A stretch of DNA of 63,562 bases, counting the filler, from Perkinsus chesapeaki ATCC PRA-425 (Eukaryota; Protista; Perkinsozoa): NCBI GenBank assembly GCA_013115145.1. It is 12 parts of 12 records of this genome, joined end to end, with 100 filler letters (N's around TTAATTAATTAA, not from the genome) between each part and the next. Parts side by side here need not be neighbours in the genome. Positions count along the whole stretch, not along the records: positions 11,979 to 43,818 come from JAAPAO010000411.1; 11 more parts are not named here. The stretch is one strand, 5' to 3'. This document shows, in pieces, positions 11,979-23,841 of this stretch. A program made the translations under genes and the position numbers. Below the pieces are notes generated by a model. The model was not told where the DNA came from. It made no database searches and saw nothing but the letters and a program-made list of their open reading frames with translations. Numbering within the stretch: position 1 is the stretch's first letter; each line of letters opens with the position of its first letter.

Positions 11979-12040
11979 CATTGTGCCAATTGTCCCATAA
12001 TATAGTTCCTGTCCCTGTGGACACAATTACGCTGAGGCTG
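11979..12040 (+). repeat. 62-bp exact duplicate of 61815-61876 (contig-end overlap)
   Basis: The identical string CATTGTGCCAATTGTCCC..GCTGAGGCTG starts one contig and ends another. Confidence 0.95.
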
Positions 12041-12370
12041 CTTCGGTAGCTAAGTTCCATTCACTGGAGTAGTAAGTTCTTTCCTGTACTGCCTGACTGT
12101 TGCGTCATCACTACTACACCCGGACGCAGCAACTAAATGAAAAATTTGCGAATGCTCTCTACGGTGGTCAAAGTTATTAATCATTAAGCTCATGAGAGGA
12201 TATTCTGCAACTGCCCAAGGTGGCGATATCCGCTGATCCCATGGCGAGATCCATATTATAAATATTGAAATAATACTATAGCACCGTACTGCTCGGATTC
12301 CAGCACTCCCACGAGCCAGCCCAAATTCCACAGAAATATATCTCAAGTGCTACAAGCTAGATCTTGCCAA

Positions 12371-15180
12371 CTAAACCAATGTTATAACCTGATCAACTCT
12401 GGCTTCAGCCTCCTGACTTCTACGTTCCTGTTCCTTGAGCTCCTTCTCCATCTCCTCCATCGCCTCCTTCAAACCAGCATTCTCCTTCTCATAAACCTGC
12501 CTTTGCCACGTCTCTCTAACTAGTTCATTCTCCTTTCCTATCAGCTGCCTCCTCGTCCCAGCCAGCTCCTCAGTGGCCTCCACCGCCTCTCTCTGCAACT
12601 CCTCGTACTTTAGCTCCCTCTCATTGGACTCCTCCTTCAGCCTCTTCCCCTGTTCCCTACTTTCTTTCAGCAGCCTCCTGGCAGCTTCCAAATCCGAAAC
12701 CGCAGCCGAGAGCTCCGCTTTAGCCTTTACGAGAGACCCTTCTAACTGACTAATACGCTCATCCTTCACCCTACTAGCCCCCTCCATCCCCTTCACATGT
12801 TCCTCAATGCCGCTTCGCTCCGCCTCCAACAGCCTGCATTTTTCACTGAGCTGCTCGATCATACAACCCTTCTCCTCTACCTTCTCCTCAGCCTCCTTCA
12901 AATCCTTTTTAACCAGCTCCTCTGCCCTTCTGGCATGCTGTAGTGTGGCCCCAAGTTTCTCTCTCAACGCCACGCACTCCTCAGCCATCTCCTGCCCCTC
13001 TGCACTGGCACTATTCGACGCCTCTTGCAGCCTACTTTTCTCCTCTACCAGTCTGGATATCACCTCCCTAGCCTCCTCCAACTCCTTCTCTTTCATCTCC
13101 ACGGCGCTTCTGAGCTCCCTCAGCTCCACCTTAATCATCACCAGCTCGCCCGAGAACCTCGCCTCTTTCTCTGCTATCGCCTCCTCCAGCGTACCCCTCT
13201 CCTCCTCGACCTCTTCTTCCTTCATTCTCACAGCTTCCAGCTCCTCCGCCAACTCCTCCTCCCTGTCCACCAGCTCAGCAACCCGCTTTTCGGCCTCTGC
13301 AGCCCTCTCCTCCGCTGCACGGTACTTAGCCACTTCGTGCCCCAGCTTATCCCTAAGTGATTCCAGTCTCTCTGCGGAGATGGCTCTCTCCTTCGCCAAC
13401 TCCTCCTTCACCTTGTCACATGCCTCCTCCGCTCTTGCCTTCTCTTCTGTCGCCTCCTTGAGTGAGTCCATACTCCCCCTCATCATTTTCTCTCCTCTCT
13501 TCACAGCATCCCTTGCCACCTCCAAATCCCTGTTCAACCTCTCAGCAAGTTTCTTCAACTCTTCCATCTCTCCTTCCTCCCTCTCCGTGAGCCGTAGTAA
13601 GTCCTCAGTCGCTCTGTCAGCCCGATCCGCCTCAGCCTCCAGTCTCTCCCTTAGCCTGTTGATCTCTCCCTCCATCACTTTAAAATTCCCTCTGGACTCA
13701 CCGACTTCTTCCATTCTAGCAATGGCTTCCTCCTCGGCTGCCTTCAGAGCTGCCCTCAGGCTTACCATCTCCTCCCGAGCCTCCTCGAATTTATTCTCTA
13801 TTATCTCCTTCTCCCCCTTCAGTTGCGTAGTTTCCTCCCAAGCCCTTACATCGTCCTCCTCTTTCTGCTGTCTCATCCTCTCCATCTCCTCCTGGACTTC
13901 AGCCAGGGCCGCCACTTGCTCCCTCAACTCCTCCAATTCTTCTGCCTTCTCCTTGCCAATCTCAGCAAGGAGCGCACTTAACCTTATCACCTCTCGCCCG
14001 GCCTTATTACTCTCTCTGTTAGCCTCCTCCAGCTCCTCTGCTCTCCTCAATAGCTCCTCCTCTCTCATCAACGTCTCTCCCTCCATAGCTCGCCACCCCG
14101 CAATCCTCCCTTCTAGCGTCTCATAAAATTCTTCTGGCGTCGGCCTACAAGCCATACCCAAGTGCCCCAAAATATCCTCCGGAACACGATGCGCTTCCAA
14201 CTCAGCCTCGAGCCCCGCAGCCTTCTTTTCCAGTTCGGCTGATCTCTCCTTCAACTCCTCCGCCAGGCATCTCTGCTTCTTATTCTCCCTCTCTGCCTCC
14301 TCCGCAACACATCTTATCAGCTCGACCTCAACCAGCAGAGAGTTCTCCGTCTCCACCGCCGATTGCTTAACCTCGCCCATCTCCCTCTCCAACGCCTTTT
14401 GCCTCTCCTCTGCCTCCCTCAGTTCCTCAACTACCTTCTTTGGTCCTCCGCATTCCTCCACCACCTTCATCAATTCGGCCAACTTCTTCTCCACTTCCTC
14501 CTTGGCTGCTTTTTCCTCCTCTACTCTATCCTTCAGATCGTCATTGACACAGCGGTAGTGATCCATCTTCGCCCTCAGCCTGTCGGCCTCCAGCACTAGA
14601 GCCTCCAGGTCACTTTCCTTGTCTTTCTCGAGTTCTCCTGCTGTCTCAAACAACTCTTCGCTTATTCTCAGAGCTCTCTCAGCCTCAGCCGCCTTCGCGT
14701 CCGCCTCGGCGCGACGAGCCTTTTCGATTTCCAAAGCCTCCCGAAGCCTCTCCGCCTCCTCCACTCCACCTTGGTTCTCCCTCTGATTCCCAATATTGAC
14801 ATTCTCATCATTTGCCTTTACTCCCTCCAGCTCCTCGCGCAGTCTAATCACTTCCTCTCTAACAGCTTCATCGGCCGCCAGCAACGACTTCAACTCCTCC
14901 CGGACGGCCTCACCCTCAGCCAAGGCCTCCTCTAGCTCCCTCTGCTTCTGATCACAAGCAGCCTGAGCAAAAATCCATTCGGGGAGAAATTTCACGAGCA
15001 ACGTATTCAGTTCCTCAGTCCCCATCCACCTTAAAGCCCTCCGACGCTCCCTCAGCCTCCTTCTCTTTCAATTCCAGTGCTTTCTCCGCATTGGCCAGCT
15101 CGCACTTCGTCACCTCAGCTGAATGCTGAGCCTTCCTCAATGCCGCACGGAGATCTACCACACCCACCATGAAGTGACGC
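12371..15180 (-). CDS. Large E/K/A-rich coiled-coil protein (cytoskeletal, myosin-tail-like composition), multi-exon
   Basis: 884-codon ORF with heptad-like composition. An upstream exon (..ELKEKEAEGASEGFK) can be spliced to AACDQK, and a donor at 12388 leads on to the exon at 61479. Confidence 0.8.
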
Positions 15181-17205
15181 CTTCCAAGCAAACCACTCGG
15201 TGTTAGAACTAACGAAGATGTTAGAGAATGACTCTACGTAGGTGAGGTGAGTAGAAGATCTAGCGGAAGTATGGTAGAAATAATGTTAAATAGTCGATAG
15301 TAATATGTCTAATGACCGAGTAGCGCTTTAGTTATACAAGGCGGGCGAAACCCTTCATGGAAGGAAAAGCGACTTGATTCGAATTATCTTCACTGCGAGA
15401 AAGGAGTCCTCGGAGGAATCCTCCAACACCGATTGTTCTCTCATCCCAGCTCACCTTCCCTCTCCTTTCCTAGCTCGGCGTTCCTCTCCTGCAACCCCGC
15501 AGCTAGATCCTAAAAACAACTTCTACAGTACAAGCTTATCCGCCTTGCCCACTTCATTGGATGACATTAACTCACGAGCCGGGGCTTCCACCAGTTTAGT
15601 CGCCAAAAAGCAGGCGCCTCCAATCAAGAGACTGGCGAGAGTGAAAGATAAGATCTGAGTACGGAGCAGTTTCCCGGACCGAGATCACCACATAACCTAC
15701 CCCGACGCCCAGACAACTGATAATAGCTGCGAGCCCAACGGATGAGGATATAAGTAATACGGGGAGGATAGGAGTGACCATCGGTAGAGTGAAGCGATAT
15801 CCTCTGAGGAAGGACAATAGAGACGCGTTTTGCCATGGTAACTCACTCAGTCGCATGAGCCGGAGCATGTGGGTCTAATTTTGCGACGGACATCTGCTTA
15901 CGGGATGGCATATGGTAAGTATAACCAAAGCACTAAGAATCCAAATGTAAGAAATAGGTGTGCATTTCTCTGTTCATAAGATAGCCCCCAATGGATGGAC
16001 CGGTCACTGTGAACTACCCACGATTCTACAGAGTGCGATGAGGCAGAGCGAGCGATTCTCGAGTCTTATCCGTTATAGAAAATCTCGTTACAGGTCAGGG
16101 TCAAGAGTCGGGTAGGTGATTTGAGATGTGCGCGCGCCCCCGCGCGTTTTCGAGTACCCGCTCGGCTGCTTGTTTGCCAGGCCGTTTTGTATTTTTTAGG
16201 TTTTTATTAAGTGAGTTGGGTGACGGAATGATCTGTTGTTGGTAGGTTGCACATGGCAGTTTATATACTCGAAGCTACGAGCGATTCCAGCGACCGCGGC
16301 TCGGTGGGACACAGGTCTTCACCCCTACATACAACCGACCGACTCAATGGAGAGTACGATGAGGTTACGAGAGCACTATGCGTACGGAGCGACTATTCAG
16401 CTTGAGGGCCTCATTGGGTTTCGAACTGCGCTAGTTAAACTGCCTCATGTGTCTCACGCAGTTTTACCCAACACACCTTATTGTAAATAGGCTATGCGTG
16501 ACACAACTCGTGTCTCCACCAGAAAATCCACGCCTCCTCTTCCTGGCACCGTAACTACGATGCTTGTTGATGAACGATAGTGCATTTACACTCGAGTGCG
16601 AGTAATGCTGCATTGTTAGGTCGACTCGGGCGCTCTCGGAATCATACCGTGGAACTCTTCGTCTAACTTCGCCTTGTTGAAATGGAGCTGCTGAAAATAT
16701 TTCGTTGCGTGACACCAATATGTGCATTCTCTGCTTGACAGAGTCAATCGAGGACATATTAGGAGCATCAACCTAATGTATGCTAGTTAGAGCGCAAACA
16801 GGCACACAGCACGCCGAGTCGACAGCATCATCGGCTTTGTAGTATTCCTAAGTAAACTCGGGAATTGTCATTCGCTACACTTGGGCTTTCTGCGCCCTTA
16901 ATAAACCTTGTGCGGTCTACGCCTTGAGCCCGGCAGGCTCTGGAAGGGCTACTTTCATGGAGCCGATCGATTGATCGCGCATGCCTAGCACGTGTGCGCA
17001 CAGCGGAGAAGCTTAGTCCATGCGTGCTACCGCAGCGGAAACACTCCAAGATCATTGGTTCTGGCGTTCGGGATGCACCAGTTTCAGTTTGCTTTTGATC
17101 CCCATGTACCAACCTGAGGTCTATCTGCTCTCGATCGCTAGTAGACTTGTTGTTTACCCCATTGTTTATACCATTCTCCTTCAGTTTCAACAGTATTAAA
17201 CACTA

Positions 17206-17610
17206 ATGCTAGTATACGTCATATTCTTCGCCTCTATCGAATGGGTCCTCGCCAGAATACTCAAGCCTTCCCCGCCTACGGGAAAGTACTTCAGTATGAT
17301 TTATGATATGTGTGTTGAAACCAATTGGGTCAATGAAGCAACCCAAAACTCTATTGTCCTCGGGGCACGCTGCGACGGAAAGAGCATGATAAATTCAGCT
17401 AAACTAAGTTATTACGAGGAGGATACAATGGCCTATATCATCAATGAGAGTAGTTGGAAAGACCATGATGACTTCGCTCAACGTGTTCGGGATCAATGCG
17501 GAGTCTTAGTCAAACCCTCCGATCTCAATTTTTTCGTCGAGCAGGACGGAGACCAAATATCAACGAGATTCGTCCGTGCTCGAGTGACCCTCAACCAGGG
17601 AGGCTGCTAA
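17206..17610 (+). CDS. Small secreted hypothetical protein (134 aa)
   Basis: Hydrophobic N-terminus MLVYVIFFASIEWVLA, four Cys, intronless ORF with ATG and stop. Confidence 0.65.
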   Translation: MLVYVIFFASIEWVLARILKPSPPTGKYFSMIYDMCVETNWVNEATQNSIVLGARCDGKSMINSAKLSYYEEDTMAYIINESSWKDHDDFAQRVRDQCGVLVKPSDLNFFVEQDGDQISTRFVRARVTLNQGGC

Positions 17611-18175
17611 ATATAGTACGATCAGTGACCATGACCTAGTTTGGTGCTAATAAGCTCGATATTAGTAGATTAGTGAAGGCATGCTTCCAGTCTCTCGAGT
17701 TAGTGTAACATCATAGTGTAACCGACATATCTCGGGCCTTCACATTGGAGCCGTTGCAATAGTTTAACTATTGAAGAGTTCAACTGGGAGTTAGCAAATA
17801 GTTTTCATTTCAAGCCCACTGATTTGAGTTGGTATGCACACGTCAATGATGACCATGCACAAAGTCCAAAGCCCCGGGCTTGAACCGCCTCTCAGGGAAG
17901 CAGTTATACAGGTGCTTCATTTGAACACGTGAAACGGGCTCACAACAGCCCCCCCCCACCCCTAAAAATCACTTTTCACCTTGTCTATCGCCATCTACAC
18001 CGTAACTGGGGGACCCCTACCACACTGATTTAACTGTCAAAGGTTAACCCCTCTTTCAAAACTGAGTGAGTTATAGGGAAGGTATCACTGATACCTTTCC
18101 TGAGGCTCCTCTAAGAACACCGAACACCAGGCATACGCGTACAAAAACATGGTGAAACACAACTCGCCATTGTAC

Positions 18176-18930
18176 TTAACCATTATCAACTTGCACTGGT
18201 GGCATACCGTCCAATCTGAGGACCTTGCTCTCATTCTCCCCGCCTCCATCCTCCCTCGAACGCTTGAGGCCTTTACGATCTTCCCCTATCATAAACACAT
18301 ACGGTTGAGAAAACTCGCAGACCTGACCCTCAGCTCGTGGCCGCCGATATGCTCTGAAATCCTCCACTTCGAAAAGATACTCAAATTCAGGTTGTGGCGT
18401 CCTTCGCCCGAATAATATAACGTCACCTAATCTACCACTAATACACCCAAGAATCCTTCCGTCTTACCCGGAGCCAACGCTTGGACTTCGCGTACGGACT
18501 TCCCATTCACCGACACTCCGTTCACACTGCGGAGATCTTTTAAAACGTAATCACAAGGGCCTAAAGAAGATGAAAGCGTCACGCGCCTCGAATTTTATTT
18601 GAGTGCAGAGAACAAAAAATGGAAAATATAGGACCGTTTACACTTGATCGCGCGAGTTTAAATCATCACGGTTTACTGCACTACAGATTTTGACAAAATC
18701 ATTTTGTGGCGCGCGGTCGTTACCTCTTCTCTCTATAACAGCGTGTTCTCGACTAAGTGTCCGTGGGTAGGCAACAGAGTCTAAGTAGACGTCAGATTCG
18801 ATGGCTCGTCCAATGGTACACCTCTGACGGATTAACAATAGTCACCCTGACAGGTCCGTGGTGGGACGCTTACATCTTTTCCGAGATGGACTATGTGTGG
18901 CACGTCCATCGTCGGCCTGCAGCTTGACAG
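18176..18930 (-). CDS. FHA-domain protein, multi-exon
   Basis: Spliced reading HIVHLGKD|RCTIGRAIESD..LSREHAVI..|..LKDLRSVNGVSVNG contains the FHA GR, SRxH and NG motifs. Confidence 0.8.
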
Positions 18931-19049
18931 TAGAAGAAGATGCGCTTCACAGTTGCCTGCGAATACACAACTCTATGAGCTTACAGGTGGATGGCTCACG
19001 TTGAGATAGGAGAGCACAACAGCCCAGACGACATGGGTCATTCTCAGGA

Positions 19050-19660
19050 CTAAAGCGACCAAAGGCGGGCGACTAAGGTGACTCCATCCTTGAGAAAATC
19101 TGTTACCTTAACGTAGCACTCCGTGAAAGGGGATCTTCCAACCCATCTGAGAGTCCAATGATTGAAATATAATTCAAATAGGCTTGATGATACATTCAGA
19201 AGATGTCTCGTCGTCCTCCTCCGCTCCAATAGATTCCTCCAGATCCCTTCTTCTGCCTTCTTCACCACTCGAACTGGCATCCAACGCTTGAGTGTCATCC
19301 AGAGCTGGAATGAACGTCATTGAATGGAAGCACCATCTCGCCAAGAGACTCTTTTGAGGTCTGACCTCCAACGGAGTAAGAGACCGCAATGTGCGCCCCC
19401 CATACTCTATGGGCCACACAGCGATTCTACAGCCTGCGGGCTACAGGTTAGTCGTTAATCTCAAGTGAATCAACAACAAGAGCGATACGGAGAGAAGATA
19501 CTCCACGCCCCGTGACTCTGGGAGTGATATCGATTACGAGTCGTAATTTACGATTGGGAATGTCCGCGTAGTGACTGCGATAAGTAAAGCGGACTGACGA
19601 CTCGTCAATGGCGTGAGGCTCGCCCTACCCGGAAGCCAACCCGTTGGGCATACAGTGTAG
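19050..19660 (-). CDS. Hypothetical exons (acidic segment)
   Basis: RIAVWPIEYGGRTLRSLTPLE and DDTQALDASSSGEEGRRRDLEESIGAEEDD segments with GT/AG borders. Gene structure is unresolved. Confidence 0.3.
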
Positions 19661-20379
19661 GCCCCTTCCAGAATATGGCGCTCAACTCAATACATCTATG
19701 ACAAACTTCATGTCATCAACTTCAATTGAAAACTACTCGGACTTACGCAAGGCTACGCTAGCGCTCGCGAAGTCTTAGGTCCAAGACCTAAGGTCTTTCA
19801 CTGAGAGGCTGTCAAGCAGTAGTTCTGGGGTTTTCTGGACAAGTTTCCACATCCCAGTGCTCTCCCACAACGATCGTTGATTCTCCATGTTCTTCGTTAC
19901 GATTTCTAACGTGTCACCCCTCATATCGATGGCCTCTATGTGGACTACCATATAGCAATTTTGACCAATCGTCCCCACTAGGCTTGCTCCGAATGGACTA
20001 GTTACGGGACCCATTTCGAAAAATAACCAGTTATTATGCATTTCAGCTCAGAAAGAGGTCATGAAATGCAAATACATACTTCTATAATGACTAGAGTCAA
20101 GTAGCTCTCCTCATCCTCCCTAGGAGCTGCCAGATTAGCGGCCCGCCACCGGTTGATGAACTCTCATGTGAGTGCCGTCCACAACGGCCCATATTCTACA
20201 AGTTCTATTTACCCAGAAAACCGCCGAGGGATCTCTGTAGATCTGTAACGGGAGGTAATCTCCAATTCACAGTTTATTATCGCACTCTATAGCGCACTGC
20301 GATGTTACATCGCCCATGCACAAGGGTACCCCTTAAAGGATCTTTGTCAAAGGCTCTTTGGGGCAGAACCAACTAAAAT

Positions 20380-20400
20380 CTTGAGCCAAGATGGCTACGT
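20380..20400 (-). other. Spliced-leader exon relic, near full length
   Basis: The reverse complement reads ACGTAGCCATCTTGGCTCAAG, a 20-nt exact match to the Perkinsus SL 3' part, then ATTTTAGTTG with no GT donor. Confidence 0.9.
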
Positions 20401-20434
20401 CTGTTCAGAACAGACGAAGATGTCTATATGTTCC

Positions 20435-21438
20435 TTAGAATCTAAGGACAACTCAGAGTCAAAGGTTCTTTGAGGCGGCGACGTCGCGATGTCTCCCTCA
20501 TCGGAGGGGCACATAGTCTGCACTGCAAACACGAACGTCATCTTCACACTCGCTTGCTGTTGCTCGCATCAAACAGTCTGGTTTACAAGACTCGCAAAGT
20601 TCATTTTCATAGGTATGATATGAGACGCAGTTCTCTGAAACGATAGCGACCCAAGACTCACGGCTCGCTGCAGCCCAATCCAGGAACAGCCCTCCGGCGC
20701 CCCCAGCATCGCCTGCGTCTGCTGTAAAAGCTCCCACAGCTGTACTAGCTACTCCCGGCAGCTCATCCGCGGCTTGAGGAGGAGGTGGCGCTCGAGGCCT
20801 AGTAATTACCATTACCACTTCCTACAGAAACACCACCTCACCTCGCTGGAGTTTCCGGAGTTGTGATTCCTCCAGCGCCGATGGCTCCCCCGGCCGGCAA
20901 CATGTCATGTGTGGCTGGTGAAGAGCGGCCGCCGCCTACATAAAGTATCCTAGCCCCAGCGAAATGCGAACCTTCTCTAACAGGCGTTGCCGGCACCTGT
21001 AAGAAGCTTCAATGTCAAACGGTGCCGCATTAGCTCACCAACTGGGGTTCCTCTTCTTCCGAGCTCTCCGATGGCGTAGGGCTCGATATAAAATCTAGAT
21101 CAGGACGATGACGACTCATCAGTCACTGCGCCACGAAATAGCGACTCTTTGATTGACTATCACTACACGCAAACCATAGTTTATCCAGTACATCGTCATG
21201 ACTTTGGAAGATCTTGCTCTCTTGTTATATCTTGCATTTTCTCAACGATATGACTACCATACAACCTATCCCTGTACTTGGGCATGAGCATGAGGTAGTT
21301 CCGATTATGCGAATTAACCAGATTCGACACTCCAAATGTGTATCTTCGCTTCACCGCAATGTCTGGCTCCTTCTCCACAACCTCCCTTATCGACGCCGCG
21401 TAACTCGGGACATTCTTGTTCATCAAATTACTATCCAA
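20435..21438 (-). CDS. One or two hypothetical multi-exon genes
   Basis: ATG-initiated segments MDSNLMNKNVPSYAASIREVVEKEPD.. and MSRHRPDLDFISSPTPSESSEEEEPQL| with short GT-AG introns. Confidence 0.35.
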
Positions 21439-21515
21439 TTTTAGCTTTTCTAACGCGACATCAGAGCTTCTGAAGAAACCTGCCTAATTCAGAGCATACC
21501 ACACTCCATGCAACC

Positions 21516-22847
21516 CTAAGCACCCTGAACTGCTGCTGATGCTGATGATGCAGCCCTGCCACCGTGCAGCAGTCTACGGTCTATCGCGCCCTTGACCACG
21601 TGCAAAGAGTCATCCCCCAACTCCTCGAGCAGCGTCAAAACTAAGCGCATGTCCCATAGCCTATCTGTCTGCTCCCCTACCGGCAGATAGGATATTATTT
21701 CCAGCGCTATCGTGGCCCTCCAGAGAGTCATCCTCAGGATCCGAGAGCATCTCTTCCTCCTCTCGCTTCACTACAATGAACAAACTCAACCGTGCTTAAG
21801 TCACATCACCAACCATCTAACACTACATCGGATCCTCTCCAGCTGCCAGCACCCCTTGCCTAAGGCACCCCTCTAGTGTCTCGAATCCCCAAAACCCTTC
21901 TCCTACCTTCCCTGGTGACAGGAACGAGTCCCTCGGAAGCAGCTCAGATCCTTGTGGTCCCACCGCGTAGGACACAGAGAGATCATATGTATCGTCCACG
22001 CCGACCGGAACACTCGACTCTAACATCAGTTTTCAGCATAACATCAGCTCAGACCTACCCCTTAATAGGCCCTCCCATAGAGGTCCCCCACCTCGGGAGA
22101 TGCTCGATGGTCTGACGCTCGCCTTCGCAACACCACCAATCGCCGAGGCCTCCCGCTCTTCCTCATCAATCGACTCCCTAAAGACTGCATCCCTCCAGTT
22201 CCATACCGATGTCCATATATGACCATGATTCCCGACGATCATAGCTGCTGCTGTCAGCCACCGACGCTCGTTGACTAATTAAGGACCACATCTCGAGACT
22301 GTCCTTCCCAGTGACCGCACCTAGGCCTATTAGGAGGACCTTCGTCGGCACAGCTCAAAAAAGAGCAGTCCGGTGATGCCAGACTAGGGCCGCCTGACCA
22401 CCGTCGCTCTGCCCCTTCCAAAACTCACTCGTACCTTCGCCGCACCTCCGCTTTTCCTCCTCACTGACCTGCCACTGACCTCCCCGCGAATCACCCTTCC
22501 TCAGCACTGACCTCTACATTGTCCAGAATCCTCAGTGACGGGAGCAACCTAGATATAACGTATTCCCTATACTGTGGAAGACGACTGCAAGGGTTGTCCT
22601 CCAACAACAGTATCTGCCTCACCATCTCCAACCGTACAAGTAGAAGCAGTACCTCCAGACGAGGGCAGTGACACTTAAGGTGCTCTACCTCACGTAGATC
22701 ACCAATTAGATTCCTTCGAAGATAGAGCTCTCGCAATTGAGAACCTTGAAACACAGCAGCCCTATCCATTCTACACCACCCCCACGCCGGGAGCGACAGG
22801 CTCCGTAATCTCAATTCTTCCTCCGCTTCATTTAAAACTCGACACAC
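21516..22847 (-). CDS. CFAP410: Cilia/flagella-associated LRR protein CFAP410 (C21orf2-like)
   Basis: N-terminal LRR/LRRcap LRELYLRRNLIGDLREV..EDNPC..YREYVISRLLPSLRILDN. Spliced C-terminal NNILSAVLTLLEELGDDSLHVVKGAIDRRL matches the CFAP410 C-terminal helix. Confidence 0.8.
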
Positions 22848-23841
22848 GGTTTGTTATCTCCACCGCTCCCTCTTCCCTCCACTCTCTTTACTATTATCGA
22901 ACAACATATATTAATCACCGTCCCACATTAGAGTTAAGTCCTAATGTCAGTACGTGAATACAGCAACCAAGCTAGCAGTTAATATTAACAAACATGCAAC
23001 CAAAAAACCATTTATATTAAATATGATCAACGCTCTTTGATTATGGCTCTATAAAGACAGAGCCATCTTTACTATACATTCCAGAAACGTTTTTTCCGCA
23101 ATCACATTCCCTTAATTCATGTAGCTATAATCATATATATTTACACTAAGTATGATCAACGCTTATTGAACGTGGACTCATTAAGATATATAACTAGCCA
23201 GACAAATGGCCGCATCGCCAAAGTTATCAACCTAGTGGTAATATATTACTGACACACTACTATTAGTCCGTCAATGCCCTCCCCAATGCCTTTACTACAT
23301 CCTTTAAATCCGCCCAATGTATCTATACTATTTACACTTAAGCTGCATACCTCCAGCGCTGGCATAGCCTCACCAATCACACTCACATCTGCCAGCTCAC
23401 TTCCCTACAACCGCAACAGTTACTTCAACACTACCACGCAGGCGCACTTAACCAGTAACTCACCCACATGTTCAACTTCTTTATTATATCCAATCTATCC
23501 GATCTACACCTCAGCTGCAGCATGTGCCTCGTAAGCACCTTCCCCCCACTACCCCCTCCAGCAGCTCTGGAGGGTGAAGGGGTGTCATACCGGAAGGAGG
23601 AGGTTGATGAAGACAGAGAACGATGATCTTGACGAGGAATAGGCATTAACGAGATTACTAAAATCTCAAGTTGTCCTAGGATGCCACCCAAAAATGAGTC
23701 ACTCGACGATGGCAAATTATTCCAGCGCTGATCTTGTAGAAGACAACGGAGATACATCCCAAACTAGATCACACCCAGTCCCATCTCAACGAACCAACAG
23801 GTACACCACTCCACACAAGAAACTGAACAAATTATCACTCT

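Noticed and set aside
12807-14126. 439-aa Ser/Leu-rich ORF on the + strand
   Set aside because: Antisense shadow of the Glu-rich coiled-coil gene.
16828-17190. CFRCGSTH as a gag zinc knuckle
   Set aside because: The final Cys is missing at the expected spacing and no other retroelement motifs are nearby.
18600-18680. Intronic C/D snoRNA (GTGATGA plus a 6-bp terminal stem)
   Set aside because: No box D (CTGA) at the expected position.
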